Virus record (IMG/VR): IMGVR_UViG_3300033049_000023
Coordinates: 1-60,285 of that record
DNA length: 60,285 nt
Strand: one strand, 5' to 3'
Origin: a virus
Lineage: Duplodnaviria > Caudoviricetes
Part shown: piece after piece, positions 9,468-18,764 of the stretch
Position numbering within the stretch: position 1 is the stretch's first letter
Layout of the letters: every line of letters starts with the position of its first letter
Position numbers and translations under genes: made by a program
The notes under the pieces: generated by a model
What the model saw: the letters and a program-made list of their open reading frames with translations, nothing else
Database searches by the model: none
Told to the model about the DNA's origin: nothing

Positions 9468-10394
9468 ATGTGCGGACTATTCGGAGCAATATGTAAAGGT
9501 CGTCGGTCGCTCACCGCTTCGACCATACGGAACTTAGCGGTGGCCCAAGAAAAAAGGGGCCCTCACGCGTTCGGGTTTGCGTGGATCGATTCATCAAACC
9601 GGATTCACTACTACAAACAACAGGGCCGCATTTCGCAGGCACTACACACCCTCGATATGATCGGGGACGCGTGGGCGGTGATCGGCCACACCCGTTGGCT
9701 TACCCACGGGAGCGCAGAGCGTATGGAAAACAATCACCCGCATTCGTGTGATGGCGGTTGGATTGCACACAACGGGCAAATACCGAACTACCTCGAACTT
9801 GCCGACGAACACGATTTGATTCTAAACTCAGAATGTGACTCGGAAGTTCTGGCGGCACTCATCGCCCAGACCGGCGGGGGCAAATCATTGATCCGCCGGA
9901 TTTCTACCTCGGTAAATCGATGCGACCGCAACCGACCCCTTGCGATGGCGGGCCTATGGAACCGACCCGGGCGGCTCGCCCTTGTGCGTAGGGGAAACCC
10001 GATCATGCTCGGGGAGGGCGCGGCGGGCAATGTGTACTTTGGTACCTCACGAATCAAATCGACCCGGATGGTTTGGACCGCGATGGATGACAATGAGGTT
10101 CGTGTATTCGATCTCACCTCGGGAGATGAATCGACCCGCTCGGTTTACCGGTCTCACCCGCCGAAGGTTGGCGAGAAGGTGTTGGGCTCGAACTTCTTTG
10201 GCGAAAGAAACTGCTTTGCGGACAATCCCGATCTTGATGGTGCCGACGATCGATCCTACAACTGGGACGCGTTGCCTCAGGCCAAGCGGGGCTCGAACGG
10301 TCACACCTCAGGCGGGCGCAGGAGCGTATTGGGATACAAGGGCCCGGGGATGGTCCAGCGGGCAACGCGTTTGATTACGGAGGGCTCACGATGA
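9468..10394 (+). CDS. class II (Ntn) glutamine amidotransferase
   Basis: N-terminal MCGLFG, RGPHAFG, IGHTRW.THG, NNHP, HNGQI.N, DSE. Confidence 0.9.
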   Translation: MCGLFGAICKGRRSLTASTIRNLAVAQEKRGPHAFGFAWIDSSNRIHYYKQQGRISQALHTLDMIGDAWAVIGHTRWLTHGSAERMENNHPHSCDGGWIAHNGQIPNYLELADEHDLILNSECDSEVLAALIAQTGGGKSLIRRISTSVNRCDRNRPLAMAGLWNRPGRLALVRRGNPIMLGEGAAGNVYFGTSRIKSTRMVWTAMDDNEVRVFDLTSGDESTRSVYRSHPPKVGEKVLGSNFFGERNCFADNPDLDGADDRSYNWDALPQAKRGSNGHTSGGRRSVLGYKGPGMVQRATRLITEGSR

Positions 10395-10636
10395 GTTGGA
10401 CACGAAGCGAAGTTGAGGCGGATAGTAAAGTTCCCGAGGGAATGATTGAGGTTTCAAGAGTTGAGTTCTTTGACTGGCTTATCCGGTACCAAAAGAGCGA
10501 TCCGATGCCGAACCATGTGGAGCCGTATTACACACTTTGGAAAACGAAACACCTCTCGGTGGTGGGATGGTCCTACCCCGGATGGATCAACCCCGGCGGA
10601 CAGAAACGGTACGCCGTCAAGGAGAACTTGCTATGA
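10391..10636 (+). CDS. hypothetical protein
   Basis: ATGA overlap with upstream gene. Confidence 0.6.
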   Translation: MSWTRSEVEADSKVPEGMIEVSRVEFFDWLIRYQKSDPMPNHVEPYYTLWKTKHLSVVGWSYPGWINPGGQKRYAVKENLL

Positions 10637-10887
10637 GAACTGGAGAAGCGCAATCATTGATTGGAGAATATGTGATAGCCCATCAAACCCGGGGGCGTGG
10701 TCACCGGGCGAGTCAGCCGTGCAAGTTGGTTTCGGTAAACGCACGCAAGGGGACCGTGGTGGTTCGACCTAAAAACAATCACGGTCAGGATGAGACCTTC
10801 CCGTTATCCCTCATCAAGCGATGGATCAAAGGGGACCACCAAGCCCGTGAACTCCGCCTTACGCGGAAGCGTGCGCAGAGTGGCTAG
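10633..10887 (+). CDS. hypothetical protein
   Basis: ATGA overlap; AGGAG RBS. Confidence 0.6.
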   Translation: MRTGEAQSLIGEYVIAHQTRGRGHRASQPCKLVSVNARKGTVVVRPKNNHGQDETFPLSLIKRWIKGDHQARELRLTRKRAQSG

Positions 10888-11242
10888 GGCTCGCCGGATC
10901 AATCTGGGCAAGGCGTGCCCCCGGCTACGCGACGACCTTGGACTCATCAAACGGTTGATGGCGAGGGTCGTTGTTGGCCCGGGCGGGTGTTGGATTTGGA
11001 CTGGGTACACCGACTCTCAGGGTTATGGGCAAATCAGCGTCCGGGGAAAACCAATGTGGGTCCATCGGGTGACCTATGCGATATTCAAACAGTCGCTTAG
11101 GGAGGGCGATGAGATCGACCACAAATGTTCCAACTCCTCATGTTGTAATCCGATGCACCTACGGCGCGTGCATCCTAAAGTAAACCGAGGCCAACGCTGG
11201 CCCACCAAAAAGAAATCAAGCGGCGAACTTCCGCCGTTCTAG
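10880..11242 (+). CDS. HNH endonuclease
   Basis: CWIWTG..GYG..HRVTY..IDHKCSNSSCCNPMHL. Confidence 0.85.
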   Translation: MARARRINLGKACPRLRDDLGLIKRLMARVVVGPGGCWIWTGYTDSQGYGQISVRGKPMWVHRVTYAIFKQSLREGDEIDHKCSNSSCCNPMHLRRVHPKVNRGQRWPTKKKSSGELPPF

Positions 11243-11250
11243 GAGTCACC

Positions 11251-11505
11251 ATGAAAGACAAACAAACCGCCGATCTCGATACGCTCACCCTGCAAACCAT
11301 CGCCGAGGATATTGCGGAGTTGGCGAAGCGGCTCGGCGTTCCGGTGTGGGCGGTGTACGCATCGGAGCCGTTGCCGACCTTCAAGGATCAGGCGGCGGAC
11401 GCGGAACGGAAGTTCACCTTGTCGATGACTAGGAGCCGGGGCAAAACGCCGGGCTCATTGAAACTTGTGCGGACCATCGAAGTAGATGATCCAGAGACGG
11501 ACTAA
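11251..11505 (+). CDS. hypothetical protein
   Basis: AGGAG RBS, 84 aa. Confidence 0.6.
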   Translation: MKDKQTADLDTLTLQTIAEDIAELAKRLGVPVWAVYASEPLPTFKDQAADAERKFTLSMTRSRGKTPGSLKLVRTIEVDDPETD

Positions 11506-11521
11506 AAACGAAAGGGCTCAA

Positions 11522-12181
11522 ATGTCGAACAGACTTACAAATGAAGTAAAGCAGAATATCACCCACGCACTCATCGAGCATAAGTTCGCACCGATCAGGA
11601 AAGAGATCGGCGAGGAGAGTTCCGTTATTGCGGACCTTGCGTACTCACTGATTGTTTCGGATGCGACCGCGAAACTCCTCACCAAACTTGCGCCGGGTTG
11701 GGTCCCGAAGTACGCCGGTCTCTATCTTTCATACGAAGGGAAAACGAACTTCTACAAGTTCTCAGTGGACCCGACGACCGCCCGAGAAGAACGGCGTAGG
11801 TTTATCCCGCATGACATTGAGGCGAATCAAAGTAGCCGTTGCTGTTCACACTTCCAAGACCATTTGAGATTCTCCGCAAGTAGCATCACCACCCGAGCAA
11901 CCGATCCTGTGTATGTCAAACGAAAGACGATTGCCAAAAAGATGAAATCGATGCTGGCGAAGTCTACGAAAATGGCGGACGATACCACCAACGCAAAGTC
12001 ATATATCAAAGCGGTCCTCGACTCGGTGACCACCCGAGCAAAGTTGATTGAGGTGTGGCCAGAGATTGAGAGCGTGGTGGATTCGGTGTGGCCGGTGGTG
12101 ACCGATGAGCCGGGAAACGCGCTGGCGGTCAGGATCGACGACCTCAACGCATCCCTTGACCTCCCACCGAAGAAAAAATAA
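11522..12181 (+). CDS. Nmad5-like (nucleotide-modification-associated domain 5) protein
   Basis: N-terminal RLT..K..I and C-terminal LDSVTTRAKLIEVWPE resemble Nmad5, from memory. Confidence 0.6.
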   Translation: MSNRLTNEVKQNITHALIEHKFAPIRKEIGEESSVIADLAYSLIVSDATAKLLTKLAPGWVPKYAGLYLSYEGKTNFYKFSVDPTTAREERRRFIPHDIEANQSSRCCSHFQDHLRFSASSITTRATDPVYVKRKTIAKKMKSMLAKSTKMADDTTNAKSYIKAVLDSVTTRAKLIEVWPEIESVVDSVWPVVTDEPGNALAVRIDDLNASLDLPPKKK

Positions 12182-12250
12182 CCCCACGGATCGGCCCTTG
12201 CTTGCCGTAAGGGCCGATCCCGAAAGAATCTTGCAAAGGGACCGGGATAG

Positions 12251-12313
12251 TTGATTGACGCGTGAATAAATATCCGATACACTTAGGGTGCCGGGGGATT
12301 GTCCTCGGCACCC
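12251..12313 (+). promoter_or_regulatory. promoter/operator/hairpin repeat copy B
   Basis: TTGACG(12255)-17-TACACT(12278); ATTGACGCGTGAAT; hairpin GGGTGCCGGGG-GATTGT-CCTCGGCACCC. Confidence 0.8.
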
Positions 12314-12327
12314 ATGAGGTATTTACG

Positions 12328-12735
12328 ATGACACTCTTAGCCAAATCCGCTTACCCGTTCCTGTTTGACATCATCCGCGATTGGATGAACGATGAGTTCC
12401 ACACTTCTGATTTCGAGTTCAACAGAAATATGGGCGTTGCCCCCCGCCACTTCATAGAGTGGAGTCAGTACCGGAATGGCTTTGCCCGTTTCGGTTCCGA
12501 GGAGTTTGCCGATACCGCTCTCAGTGATATGGGCCCCGATGCGGTCAAGTTGTGGATGCCGGACGAAATGGGCGGGGACGATTGCGTTCATGCCCGGGCG
12601 TACCTCGGGACGCAACTGATTTCGGCGTTGGCTGAGATTGGCGGCGAGGGAATCACTGAGAACCAGTGCGCCCAGCACCTCGAAGAACTGGCCGCCATCC
12701 TCCCGATTATCACCTACTGGATTACTCACGGGTGA
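12328..12735 (+). CDS. hypothetical early protein
   Basis: GAGGT RBS downstream of promoter B. Confidence 0.65.
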   Translation: MTLLAKSAYPFLFDIIRDWMNDEFHTSDFEFNRNMGVAPRHFIEWSQYRNGFARFGSEEFADTALSDMGPDAVKLWMPDEMGGDDCVHARAYLGTQLISALAEIGGEGITENQCAQHLEELAAILPIITYWITHG

Positions 12736-12823
12736 GCCCACCCACCCGCACCTTCCCCGGGGTCGAAAGATCACGGCGGCGGATTGCATCGGGATTGTCC
12801 GGTGCCGAATCGAGGACCATGAA

Positions 12824-13162
12824 ATGTTCGAGTCACTTCGTAATCTTTTCCGAAAAACTGAGGCCCCCTTGCTATATGAAAATCTGATTGATGAGGGGGG
12901 CAAGTTCTCAGAGTGGGCATCAAATAAAAGTGGAAATGTTTACACTTTACTGGAGGACTATTTGCGTGATAGGATTGGGGTTTTTGTTACGGTCGGGCCC
13001 GACTGGTTAGCCATTGAGGGAGTTCACCTACGGAGAAATAACGGGGTTTGGGCATCTTACGAGAAGCACCCGGTATGGTATAAAAAGTGGGTAAGGATTC
13101 ACGGGTCGGGGAAGTATGGGACCTCAAAGACTGGTGGAGAATCGAGGATTACGAAATGCTAA
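12824..13162 (+). CDS. hypothetical protein
   Basis: GAGGA RBS, preceded by GATTGT-loop hairpin. Confidence 0.55.
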   Translation: MFESLRNLFRKTEAPLLYENLIDEGGKFSEWASNKSGNVYTLLEDYLRDRIGVFVTVGPDWLAIEGVHLRRNNGVWASYEKHPVWYKKWVRIHGSGKYGTSKTGGESRITKC

Positions 13163-13920
13163 CAGAACTATCACTGGTAAGAGACGACGATGATAAACTC
13201 ACCTCCCAACTACGCATGTTCTCGCGTGAGGGAAACGCATTCTGTAAATCACTTTTACAGCGCATCGACCGAGGCGGTCGGCTTACGATGGGACAAACCG
13301 TTGCGGCTGAATACCTCGTTGAGCATTATGGCGAAGATATGATCCGAGCAAGCGGCCTGAAATGTTGTGCGGGCGCAGGCGGCGGGTTCGTGTTGTCGAT
13401 GATCCAACTTGTGGAGATCGGGAAGCGGGCGTACACACCCAAGCAACGCGCAGCGGTGGACCGCATCTTGTCGGCGGCACCCCCCGAGACCGAGCAATCC
13501 ACGATGACACTCCGCGAACTGTTCCCCACGATCCGCAAGGCCGTGGACGCGTCGTTGGAGTATCGCCAGCATGTTCGCATCGACCTTACCTCACTGACCC
13601 AACCGCTCTACTTCTCATGTTCACGCGAGGGGCGGAACGCCAAGCGCATCGCCGTGTCAACCGGGGCATACGCCGGGGAGAATACCGTGTTCCTCGGATG
13701 GATCGCCGAGGATGGCGGGTTCGATCAAGGGCGGAGTTGCACCCCGGCGCATCGGCTCTCGATTGCTCAGGTGGATCAGGACTTTGCCGGTCACGCTGGA
13801 GAGCATGGGCGGGCAACGGGCTCATGCTCATTCTGTGCCCGGAACCTCACCACAACCGCGTCCCTCGCCGTGGGCTATGGCCCCGTGTGTGCCGGGAGGC
13901 ACGGTTTGCCGTGGGGCTGA
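13156..13920 (+). CDS. DUF6011-like Zn-finger protein
   Basis: C-terminal CSFCARNLT..SLAVGYGPVC motif. Confidence 0.7.
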   Translation: MLTELSLVRDDDDKLTSQLRMFSREGNAFCKSLLQRIDRGGRLTMGQTVAAEYLVEHYGEDMIRASGLKCCAGAGGGFVLSMIQLVEIGKRAYTPKQRAAVDRILSAAPPETEQSTMTLRELFPTIRKAVDASLEYRQHVRIDLTSLTQPLYFSCSREGRNAKRIAVSTGAYAGENTVFLGWIAEDGGFDQGRSCTPAHRLSIAQVDQDFAGHAGEHGRATGSCSFCARNLTTTASLAVGYGPVCAGRHGLPWG

Positions 13921-14002
13921 GAGTCCAGTAGACTATCGGGGTGGGCATCCAGACCTCCCACACCCATTCCGCCTTAGGGCGGTTTCCCTTACCTCCTCAT
14001 GG

Positions 14003-14041
14003 CCCCCCGTCCGATTGACCCCGGCGGGGGGTTTTTCTTTT
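14003..14041 (+). terminator. Rho-independent terminator
   Basis: CCCCCG.../...CGGGGGG stem plus T-run. Confidence 0.65.
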
Positions 14042-14049
14042 GACCAGTT

Positions 14050-14079
14050 ATTGACGCGTGCATAAATCCGTGCTAAACT
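14050..14079 (+). promoter_or_regulatory. promoter with operator variant
   Basis: TTGACG(14051)-17-TAAACT; ATTGACGCGTGCATAAA. Confidence 0.65.
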
Positions 14080-14115
14080 CAGTTCCCGGGAATGATCCCG
14101 GTGCGAGGGCTCACG

Positions 14116-14772
14116 ATGACCGACCAACCGAAACCCGGGACATTGACCGCCGTATCAAAGTACGGTGTTCGGAACTTCATGTATTACGAGTGTGCCGATT
14201 GCGCCACGATGTACCCCCGGATCAACGGGGCGATTCGCTGCAACGGGTTTCAGATTTATTCGTGCCCGTACTGCCGACCGGAGGTTGCCCCGCACGGGTG
14301 CGCCGTCCCGGTCACCATCGCATCAACCGCAACGGACCCCGTGGAGATCAAACCCGGTCAGGCGTGGAACACCCGGTTCGTAGCGTTCGCACGGGCGATG
14401 GGCCGCACCCCCGAGGAGCAACACACCCATTGCAAATCGACCCCCGGTGTGATGACCGAGTTTGTGTTGTGGAACACCCAGCGGATTCGTGAGTTCGGGA
14501 AAGATCACCCAGAGGCAATGTGCTTCGGGTCGCTCATCGATCACCCGGTTTACGATGAGTGGTTGGGCCGGTGGGTGGATAACTATCTGTTCTTTGTGGA
14601 GGCGAACCGGAAAGCAAACCGGCCTCAGTATCAAGACGCGGCTCAGGCCGCGAACCAAGATTGGAGATCAAGCGATGAAGAAGATCAAGCATCAACGGCG
14701 GTTCCAGAAGTCGACACCGAGCCAAGTGGCCCAGATCAAACGGCGGCTTGCGGTGGGGAAGCAAACGCGTAA
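14116..14772 (+). CDS. hypothetical Zn-finger protein
   Basis: CADC...CPYC. Confidence 0.6.
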   Translation: MTDQPKPGTLTAVSKYGVRNFMYYECADCATMYPRINGAIRCNGFQIYSCPYCRPEVAPHGCAVPVTIASTATDPVEIKPGQAWNTRFVAFARAMGRTPEEQHTHCKSTPGVMTEFVLWNTQRIREFGKDHPEAMCFGSLIDHPVYDEWLGRWVDNYLFFVEANRKANRPQYQDAAQAANQDWRSSDEEDQASTAVPEVDTEPSGPDQTAACGGEANA

Positions 14773-14938
14773 AGAGATCGCGGAACTGTACGGATGTTCG
14801 GCATCAAACATCGACCATATCAAGGCGGGCCGGGTATGGCCTGAGGTGGTTGCGGCCACCAAGCCCGAGGATTGGGACGATGTTCAGCAGCCGAGGGTGG
14901 CCCCGGTTACAATGGGATGCACAAAGGCGGACTACTAA
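14675..14938 (+). CDS. small HTH DNA-binding protein
   Basis: GGAG RBS; QVAQIKRRL..TRKEIAELYGCSASNIDHIKAGRVW. Confidence 0.7.
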   Translation: MKKIKHQRRFQKSTPSQVAQIKRRLAVGKQTRKEIAELYGCSASNIDHIKAGRVWPEVVAATKPEDWDDVQQPRVAPVTMGCTKADY

Positions 14939-15220
14939 ATGGCAAACGGAGATTCAGTCATGGCGATGAGTAAAGCGGAACAAGTGCTTTGGGAAAAGAT
15001 CAGTCTTTCGACACGGCTCACGATTACAAAGTTTGCGGTCGGGATGCCGACCGCACGGCTCAGGGAAATCCTGAAAGACTTCGGGTTTGAGATGTTGGTG
15101 TGCATGGAGAACGGCGCACCGATGGTTGAAACCGAAGCGACGATGCAACCCGACGCGGAACGGCTCCGCGTTCGATCTTCACCAGACGGTCAAATCCTTG
15201 CCATCATTGGTTGGGGTTGA
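14939..15220 (+). CDS. hypothetical protein
   Basis: adjacent to upstream stop. Confidence 0.55.
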   Translation: MANGDSVMAMSKAEQVLWEKISLSTRLTITKFAVGMPTARLREILKDFGFEMLVCMENGAPMVETEATMQPDAERLRVRSSPDGQILAIIGWG

Positions 15221-15242
15221 TCGCATTATTCGAGGTTTTATT

Positions 15243-15527
15243 ATGATCGATATGTTCAAGGTAGGTGACAAAGTTATTGAGCGTTTGGCCCCGGGTGAAT
15301 CGGCGACAATTCGCATCACCCGAATCCGTGGGAAGGTCCTCAACAAAGACACCGGGGCGTTCCTCGCGTTCATCACCGAACACGACACCCGATACACCGA
15401 GTGCGGGATGCGGTACCCGGCCAACGAACCGGGGTACCGCTCGATTCGTTCGATGAGCGGCGGCAAGTCCACCGCCACCGCACGGCGAAGGGCCAAGAAA
15501 CTGTTCCCCGAGGTGGCAAACCGATGA
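15243..15527 (+). CDS. hypothetical protein
   Basis: GAGG RBS. Confidence 0.55.
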   Translation: MIDMFKVGDKVIERLAPGESATIRITRIRGKVLNKDTGAFLAFITEHDTRYTECGMRYPANEPGYRSIRSMSGGKSTATARRRAKKLFPEVANR

Positions 15528-15814
15528 GTTGCAGTATTTGCAAAGAGAACGAAGGCATGGTCTTGGTTATCCGAAACGCTCCGGTGCCCGAGGACTCGGA
15601 ACCGGTACAACTCTGGTACCCGTGCCCCGAGTGCCTTGCCGATGACATCACTCGGCACAAGGACACGATCAAGGTTCTCCGCTTGGGGCTCAAGTATTAC
15701 CGCGATGCCCTTGTGGAGATCAGGGACACCGAGGTGGAGAAGCGGGCCCAGCCGTGGCGAATCCGCAATCAGGTCAAGCAAATGCGGACTATTGCCCGGC
15801 GGGTGCTGAGTTGA
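15524..15814 (+). CDS. hypothetical Zn-binding protein
   Basis: CSIC...CPEC; ATGA overlap. Confidence 0.6.
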   Translation: MSCSICKENEGMVLVIRNAPVPEDSEPVQLWYPCPECLADDITRHKDTIKVLRLGLKYYRDALVEIRDTEVEKRAQPWRIRNQVKQMRTIARRVLS

Positions 15815-15839
15815 CATCGCCCGGCGGACGGTGTATGAT
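15811..15839 (+). promoter_or_regulatory. sigma70-type promoter
   Basis: TTGACA-17-TATGAT. Confidence 0.7.
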
Positions 15840-15866
15840 ACGCGTATACATAAACTGGAGGCAACC

Positions 15867-16106
15867 ATGACCCACGACATCAAACCAATCTCACCGCCAG
15901 AATCCATTGCGATGCGTTCGCTTTGCGATTCGCTCAACGCGACCGGAATCGCGGCTGGGAAGTTGTCGATGGCCCTGTCCTTCACCTCCCGTTACACCGA
16001 GGAGATGGCGGCGGCGTTGATGGGCCCCATAGAGCCCGGGGGCAAACAGGTATCCCGGGCGGCGAAGAAACCCCCCTACAAAGTCAGGCGCAGGAGATCA
16101 CGATGA
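15867..16106 (+). CDS. hypothetical protein
   Basis: GGAGG RBS. Confidence 0.55.
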   Translation: MTHDIKPISPPESIAMRSLCDSLNATGIAAGKLSMALSFTSRYTEEMAAALMGPIEPGGKQVSRAAKKPPYKVRRRRSR

Positions 16107-16372
16107 GACAAACAAACGCGATGAAGGCATGGGATGAGATCGAAGCGGAGGCGGCGAAATATCCGCACCGGCCCGGGATGCTCAACGGAAAACGGAAAGT
16201 TCGGTCCACGATGGAATCGATGGGCGTTTACCACGGGGTGAAGTGCCGAGAGTATTACCAGAACAAGGGCATCCCCACACCAAACGGCACGCCCACATTT
16301 GAGGCGATGAAAAAAGAGGACAAGTACCGAACCGACTTCGCCCGGCGCAAGCAAGTGGTGAGGGTGCGATGA
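16103..16372 (+). CDS. hypothetical protein
   Basis: AGGAG RBS, ATGA overlap. Confidence 0.6.
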   Translation: MRQTNAMKAWDEIEAEAAKYPHRPGMLNGKRKVRSTMESMGVYHGVKCREYYQNKGIPTPNGTPTFEAMKKEDKYRTDFARRKQVVRVR

Positions 16373-16698
16373 GCAAGAAGAAGCGGGTCAAGGTTTCCCG
16401 GGGTGCGATGCGTGCGGCGTGGCTGGCGTTCGAGTGGGCGGAGAACCCAAAGTGCGATTACTGCGGCGAGACGACCACGGTTCGTGAACAGACTCTTGGT
16501 TGCGGTTGTGCAAACCGATCGATCCCGCTCACTCAGGCGACCGTTGACCATATCAAACCAAAGTCGAAGGGTGGCCGGGACCACCCGAAAAACTTTGCGT
16601 TGGCGTGCTTCCGATGCAATCTCAAAAAAGCATACCACACAAAGTTCCCCCCGAAACGGCGGTCGAAGAATTGGCCGAAGGGAGCGAAGTTCAAATGA
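16369..16698 (+). CDS. HNH endonuclease
   Basis: CDYCG..TVDHIKPKSKGG..N..LACFRCN.KK. Confidence 0.85.
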   Translation: MSKKKRVKVSRGAMRAAWLAFEWAENPKCDYCGETTTVREQTLGCGCANRSIPLTQATVDHIKPKSKGGRDHPKNFALACFRCNLKKAYHTKFPPKRRSKNWPKGAKFK

Positions 16699-16889
16699 GC
16701 AATGAAAAGCAAACAGACAACCCGCGTAAGTGGGACATCCGCATTGGCGAGAACAACGGCGAAACCTCATGGATGAACGGGTGGTTCTTCTTGTGCGTGC
16801 TTGGGCTTTTGATCTGGAGCCATGACCACCTCGACCCACTTATTGCGGCGGCGATTACGATTGCAACGATCTTGAAAGGTGGTTCGTGA
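16695..16889 (+). CDS. small membrane protein
   Basis: ATGA overlap; hydrophobic C-terminal half. Confidence 0.5.
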   Translation: MSNEKQTDNPRKWDIRIGENNGETSWMNGWFFLCVLGLLIWSHDHLDPLIAAAITIATILKGGS

Positions 16890-17173
16890 TGCCTACTTGC
16901 CTGAGTCAAACCCAAGTGGTCGGCAGGAAACCCCACAAATGTTTTCTCTGCGGTGAGATGATTCCAAAGGGCGAACTTCACCGCGTGTTTGTCGGGGTGT
17001 TCGATGGCGAACTCCAGCGGAGTAGGTATCACGCGGAGTGCGACCGGGTGACCGTCATTGATGAGTGGCACCCCAACGACTGGGAAGATTGTGCGGACCA
17101 TATGGAGTTTGCTATGCGGCGGAACGAACTGAGGTCCGAAGGAAAACTACACGATTACGCGGGAGGTCACTAG
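16889..17173 (+). CDS. hypothetical Zn-finger protein
   Basis: RKPHKCFLCGEMIPKGE..HAEC. Confidence 0.65.
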   Translation: MPTCLSQTQVVGRKPHKCFLCGEMIPKGELHRVFVGVFDGELQRSRYHAECDRVTVIDEWHPNDWEDCADHMEFAMRRNELRSEGKLHDYAGGH

Positions 17174-17175
17174 CA

Positions 17176-17391
17176 ATGCGATGGATTGACTGGGCAATGA
17201 TTATCCTCATCATCGTTGGCGTTCCGATGGTGTACGCATCACTCAAACGATTATGGACTTGCCCTAAAGACGAGAACCCCGGGGCCGTATGTTTGTTTGG
17301 GATGCTCATCGGCGGCGGGTACTTGCTCGGTCCGCCGTTGACGGTCATCCTCTTTCACTACACCCCTTTACTCGAATGGATGGCGGCATGA
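17176..17391 (+). CDS. small two-TM membrane protein
   Basis: GGAGG RBS; two hydrophobic stretches. Confidence 0.55.
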   Translation: MRWIDWAMIILIIVGVPMVYASLKRLWTCPKDENPGAVCLFGMLIGGGYLLGPPLTVILFHYTPLLEWMAA

Positions 17392-17792
17392 AACCAACCC
17401 CCGGCTATCTGACTCGGAGCAGCGGTGGCGCGTTCGGCTATGGGCGTGCGGCACCTCGGGAGAAGTCACCCCTGGATCTTCGGCGGAACTCCTCTCGGTA
17501 CATGGCGTTCCTAAACCCCCGAGGACCAAAGGCGAACTTTCGTATGTGGCAGGCGCAGGCCGCGTTTATCCAAGACCCAAACCGATTCGTGTCGCTGACC
17601 GTGACCCAACGCGACGGCACCAAGCGCAGCGGGTTTGCTGAGGTTCAGGACGATGGGATGGTGTTGGTGTGTGACGATTTGTTTGGGGATCGACCGTCGA
17701 TCATTGATGCGGCGTACCGGGCCGGGCCGTTCCTCTCTCACGATGGCCCAAACATTTACGAAGAACTGGGGCTCACCCAGTGGAAGGATTGA
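17388..17792 (+). CDS. hypothetical protein
   Basis: ATGA overlap. Confidence 0.55.
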   Translation: MKPTPGYLTRSSGGAFGYGRAAPREKSPLDLRRNSSRYMAFLNPRGPKANFRMWQAQAAFIQDPNRFVSLTVTQRDGTKRSGFAEVQDDGMVLVCDDLFGDRPSIIDAAYRAGPFLSHDGPNIYEELGLTQWKD

Positions 17793-17799
17793 TAGGGAA

Positions 17800-18093
17800 A
17801 TGAATCTGTACAAAGTTGAAGATGGCGGAACGCATTGGGTATCGGCGGAGAGTATGGCCGATGCAATCGAGGTGGTGGCCGAACCGTTCGGCGGGCTCAC
17901 CGAGTATATGGATGAGTGCGACCATGAAGCCCCAAAGGTGGAGTTGTACTTGGAGCCCCAGTTGTACATTATGACTCAGGACGCGCCCGACCTCCTCAAA
18001 GATTTCCCGAGCGGGTGCGACATTGTGATTAGAGTCCCCCGAAGTGCTTACAAAAACCTCCCCCGTGGGTGTGTTTCAACTACGGAGTATTGA
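17800..18093 (+). CDS. hypothetical protein
   Basis: compact operon context. Confidence 0.6.
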   Translation: MNLYKVEDGGTHWVSAESMADAIEVVAEPFGGLTEYMDECDHEAPKVELYLEPQLYIMTQDAPDLLKDFPSGCDIVIRVPRSAYKNLPRGCVSTTEY

Positions 18094-18099
18094 TACGCG

Positions 18100-18471
18100 A
18101 TGAGATACCAGTACAAAGACATCGAATACAAAGACGCTCATGGGTATCACGGTTGGAAGCGGTGCGCCGATAGCAACTTTGTGTTCTGGGTCCTTGACGA
18201 CTTCCCACATACATTCGAGTTCCGAGACATCACCAGTGGGAAAGACATTGACAGAAACTTCTTCATGCGGCTCGTTGTAGATGCCGCACACGAAGCGAAC
18301 CAGATTAGGAGAACCAGGATGGCAAATACTGAATACCCAAATGGCAAAGAGTGCCCGGCGTGCGGCGTTCGGAACGATGACGGGGAGCAGGTGGTAAAGG
18401 AACTGTTCGACACGGACGGCGAGGGCGGTGAGTTTACTTGCCATGCGTGCGATCATATTTGGGAGGAGTAG
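18100..18471 (+). CDS. hypothetical protein with C-terminal Zn ribbon
   Basis: CPACG...CHAC; possible internal start at 18319. Confidence 0.6.
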   Translation: MRYQYKDIEYKDAHGYHGWKRCADSNFVFWVLDDFPHTFEFRDITSGKDIDRNFFMRLVVDAAHEANQIRRTRMANTEYPNGKECPACGVRNDDGEQVVKELFDTDGEGGEFTCHACDHIWEE

Positions 18472-18473
18472 AG

Positions 18474-18764
18474 ATGCCTAAGACCTTCAATCTCGAATAC
18501 AAATGCAGGCGATGCGGTGCGGTGGTTGTGGATAGTAGTGGGCCGTGCGGCGCACCCGCGTTCAACACAATCTTGGGGACGGTGGTGTGGGGCGGACAGA
18601 AACCCGCAACGCCGGGCCTTGATTTTCATATGACCGATATGCACACTTGCAACGATGGCGGGTGGGGCGTGACTGATTTTATTGGGACAGACCGAAACCC
18701 ATTGAACGGCGATAAAAACGAAAGGACTAAGCGATGGACTACGAAAGCAATGAGGAAAGAGTAA
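18474..18764 (+). CDS. hypothetical Zn-binding protein
   Basis: YKCRRCG...HTC; GGAGG RBS. Confidence 0.6.
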   Translation: MPKTFNLEYKCRRCGAVVVDSSGPCGAPAFNTILGTVVWGGQKPATPGLDFHMTDMHTCNDGGWGVTDFIGTDRNPLNGDKNERTKRWTTKAMRKE

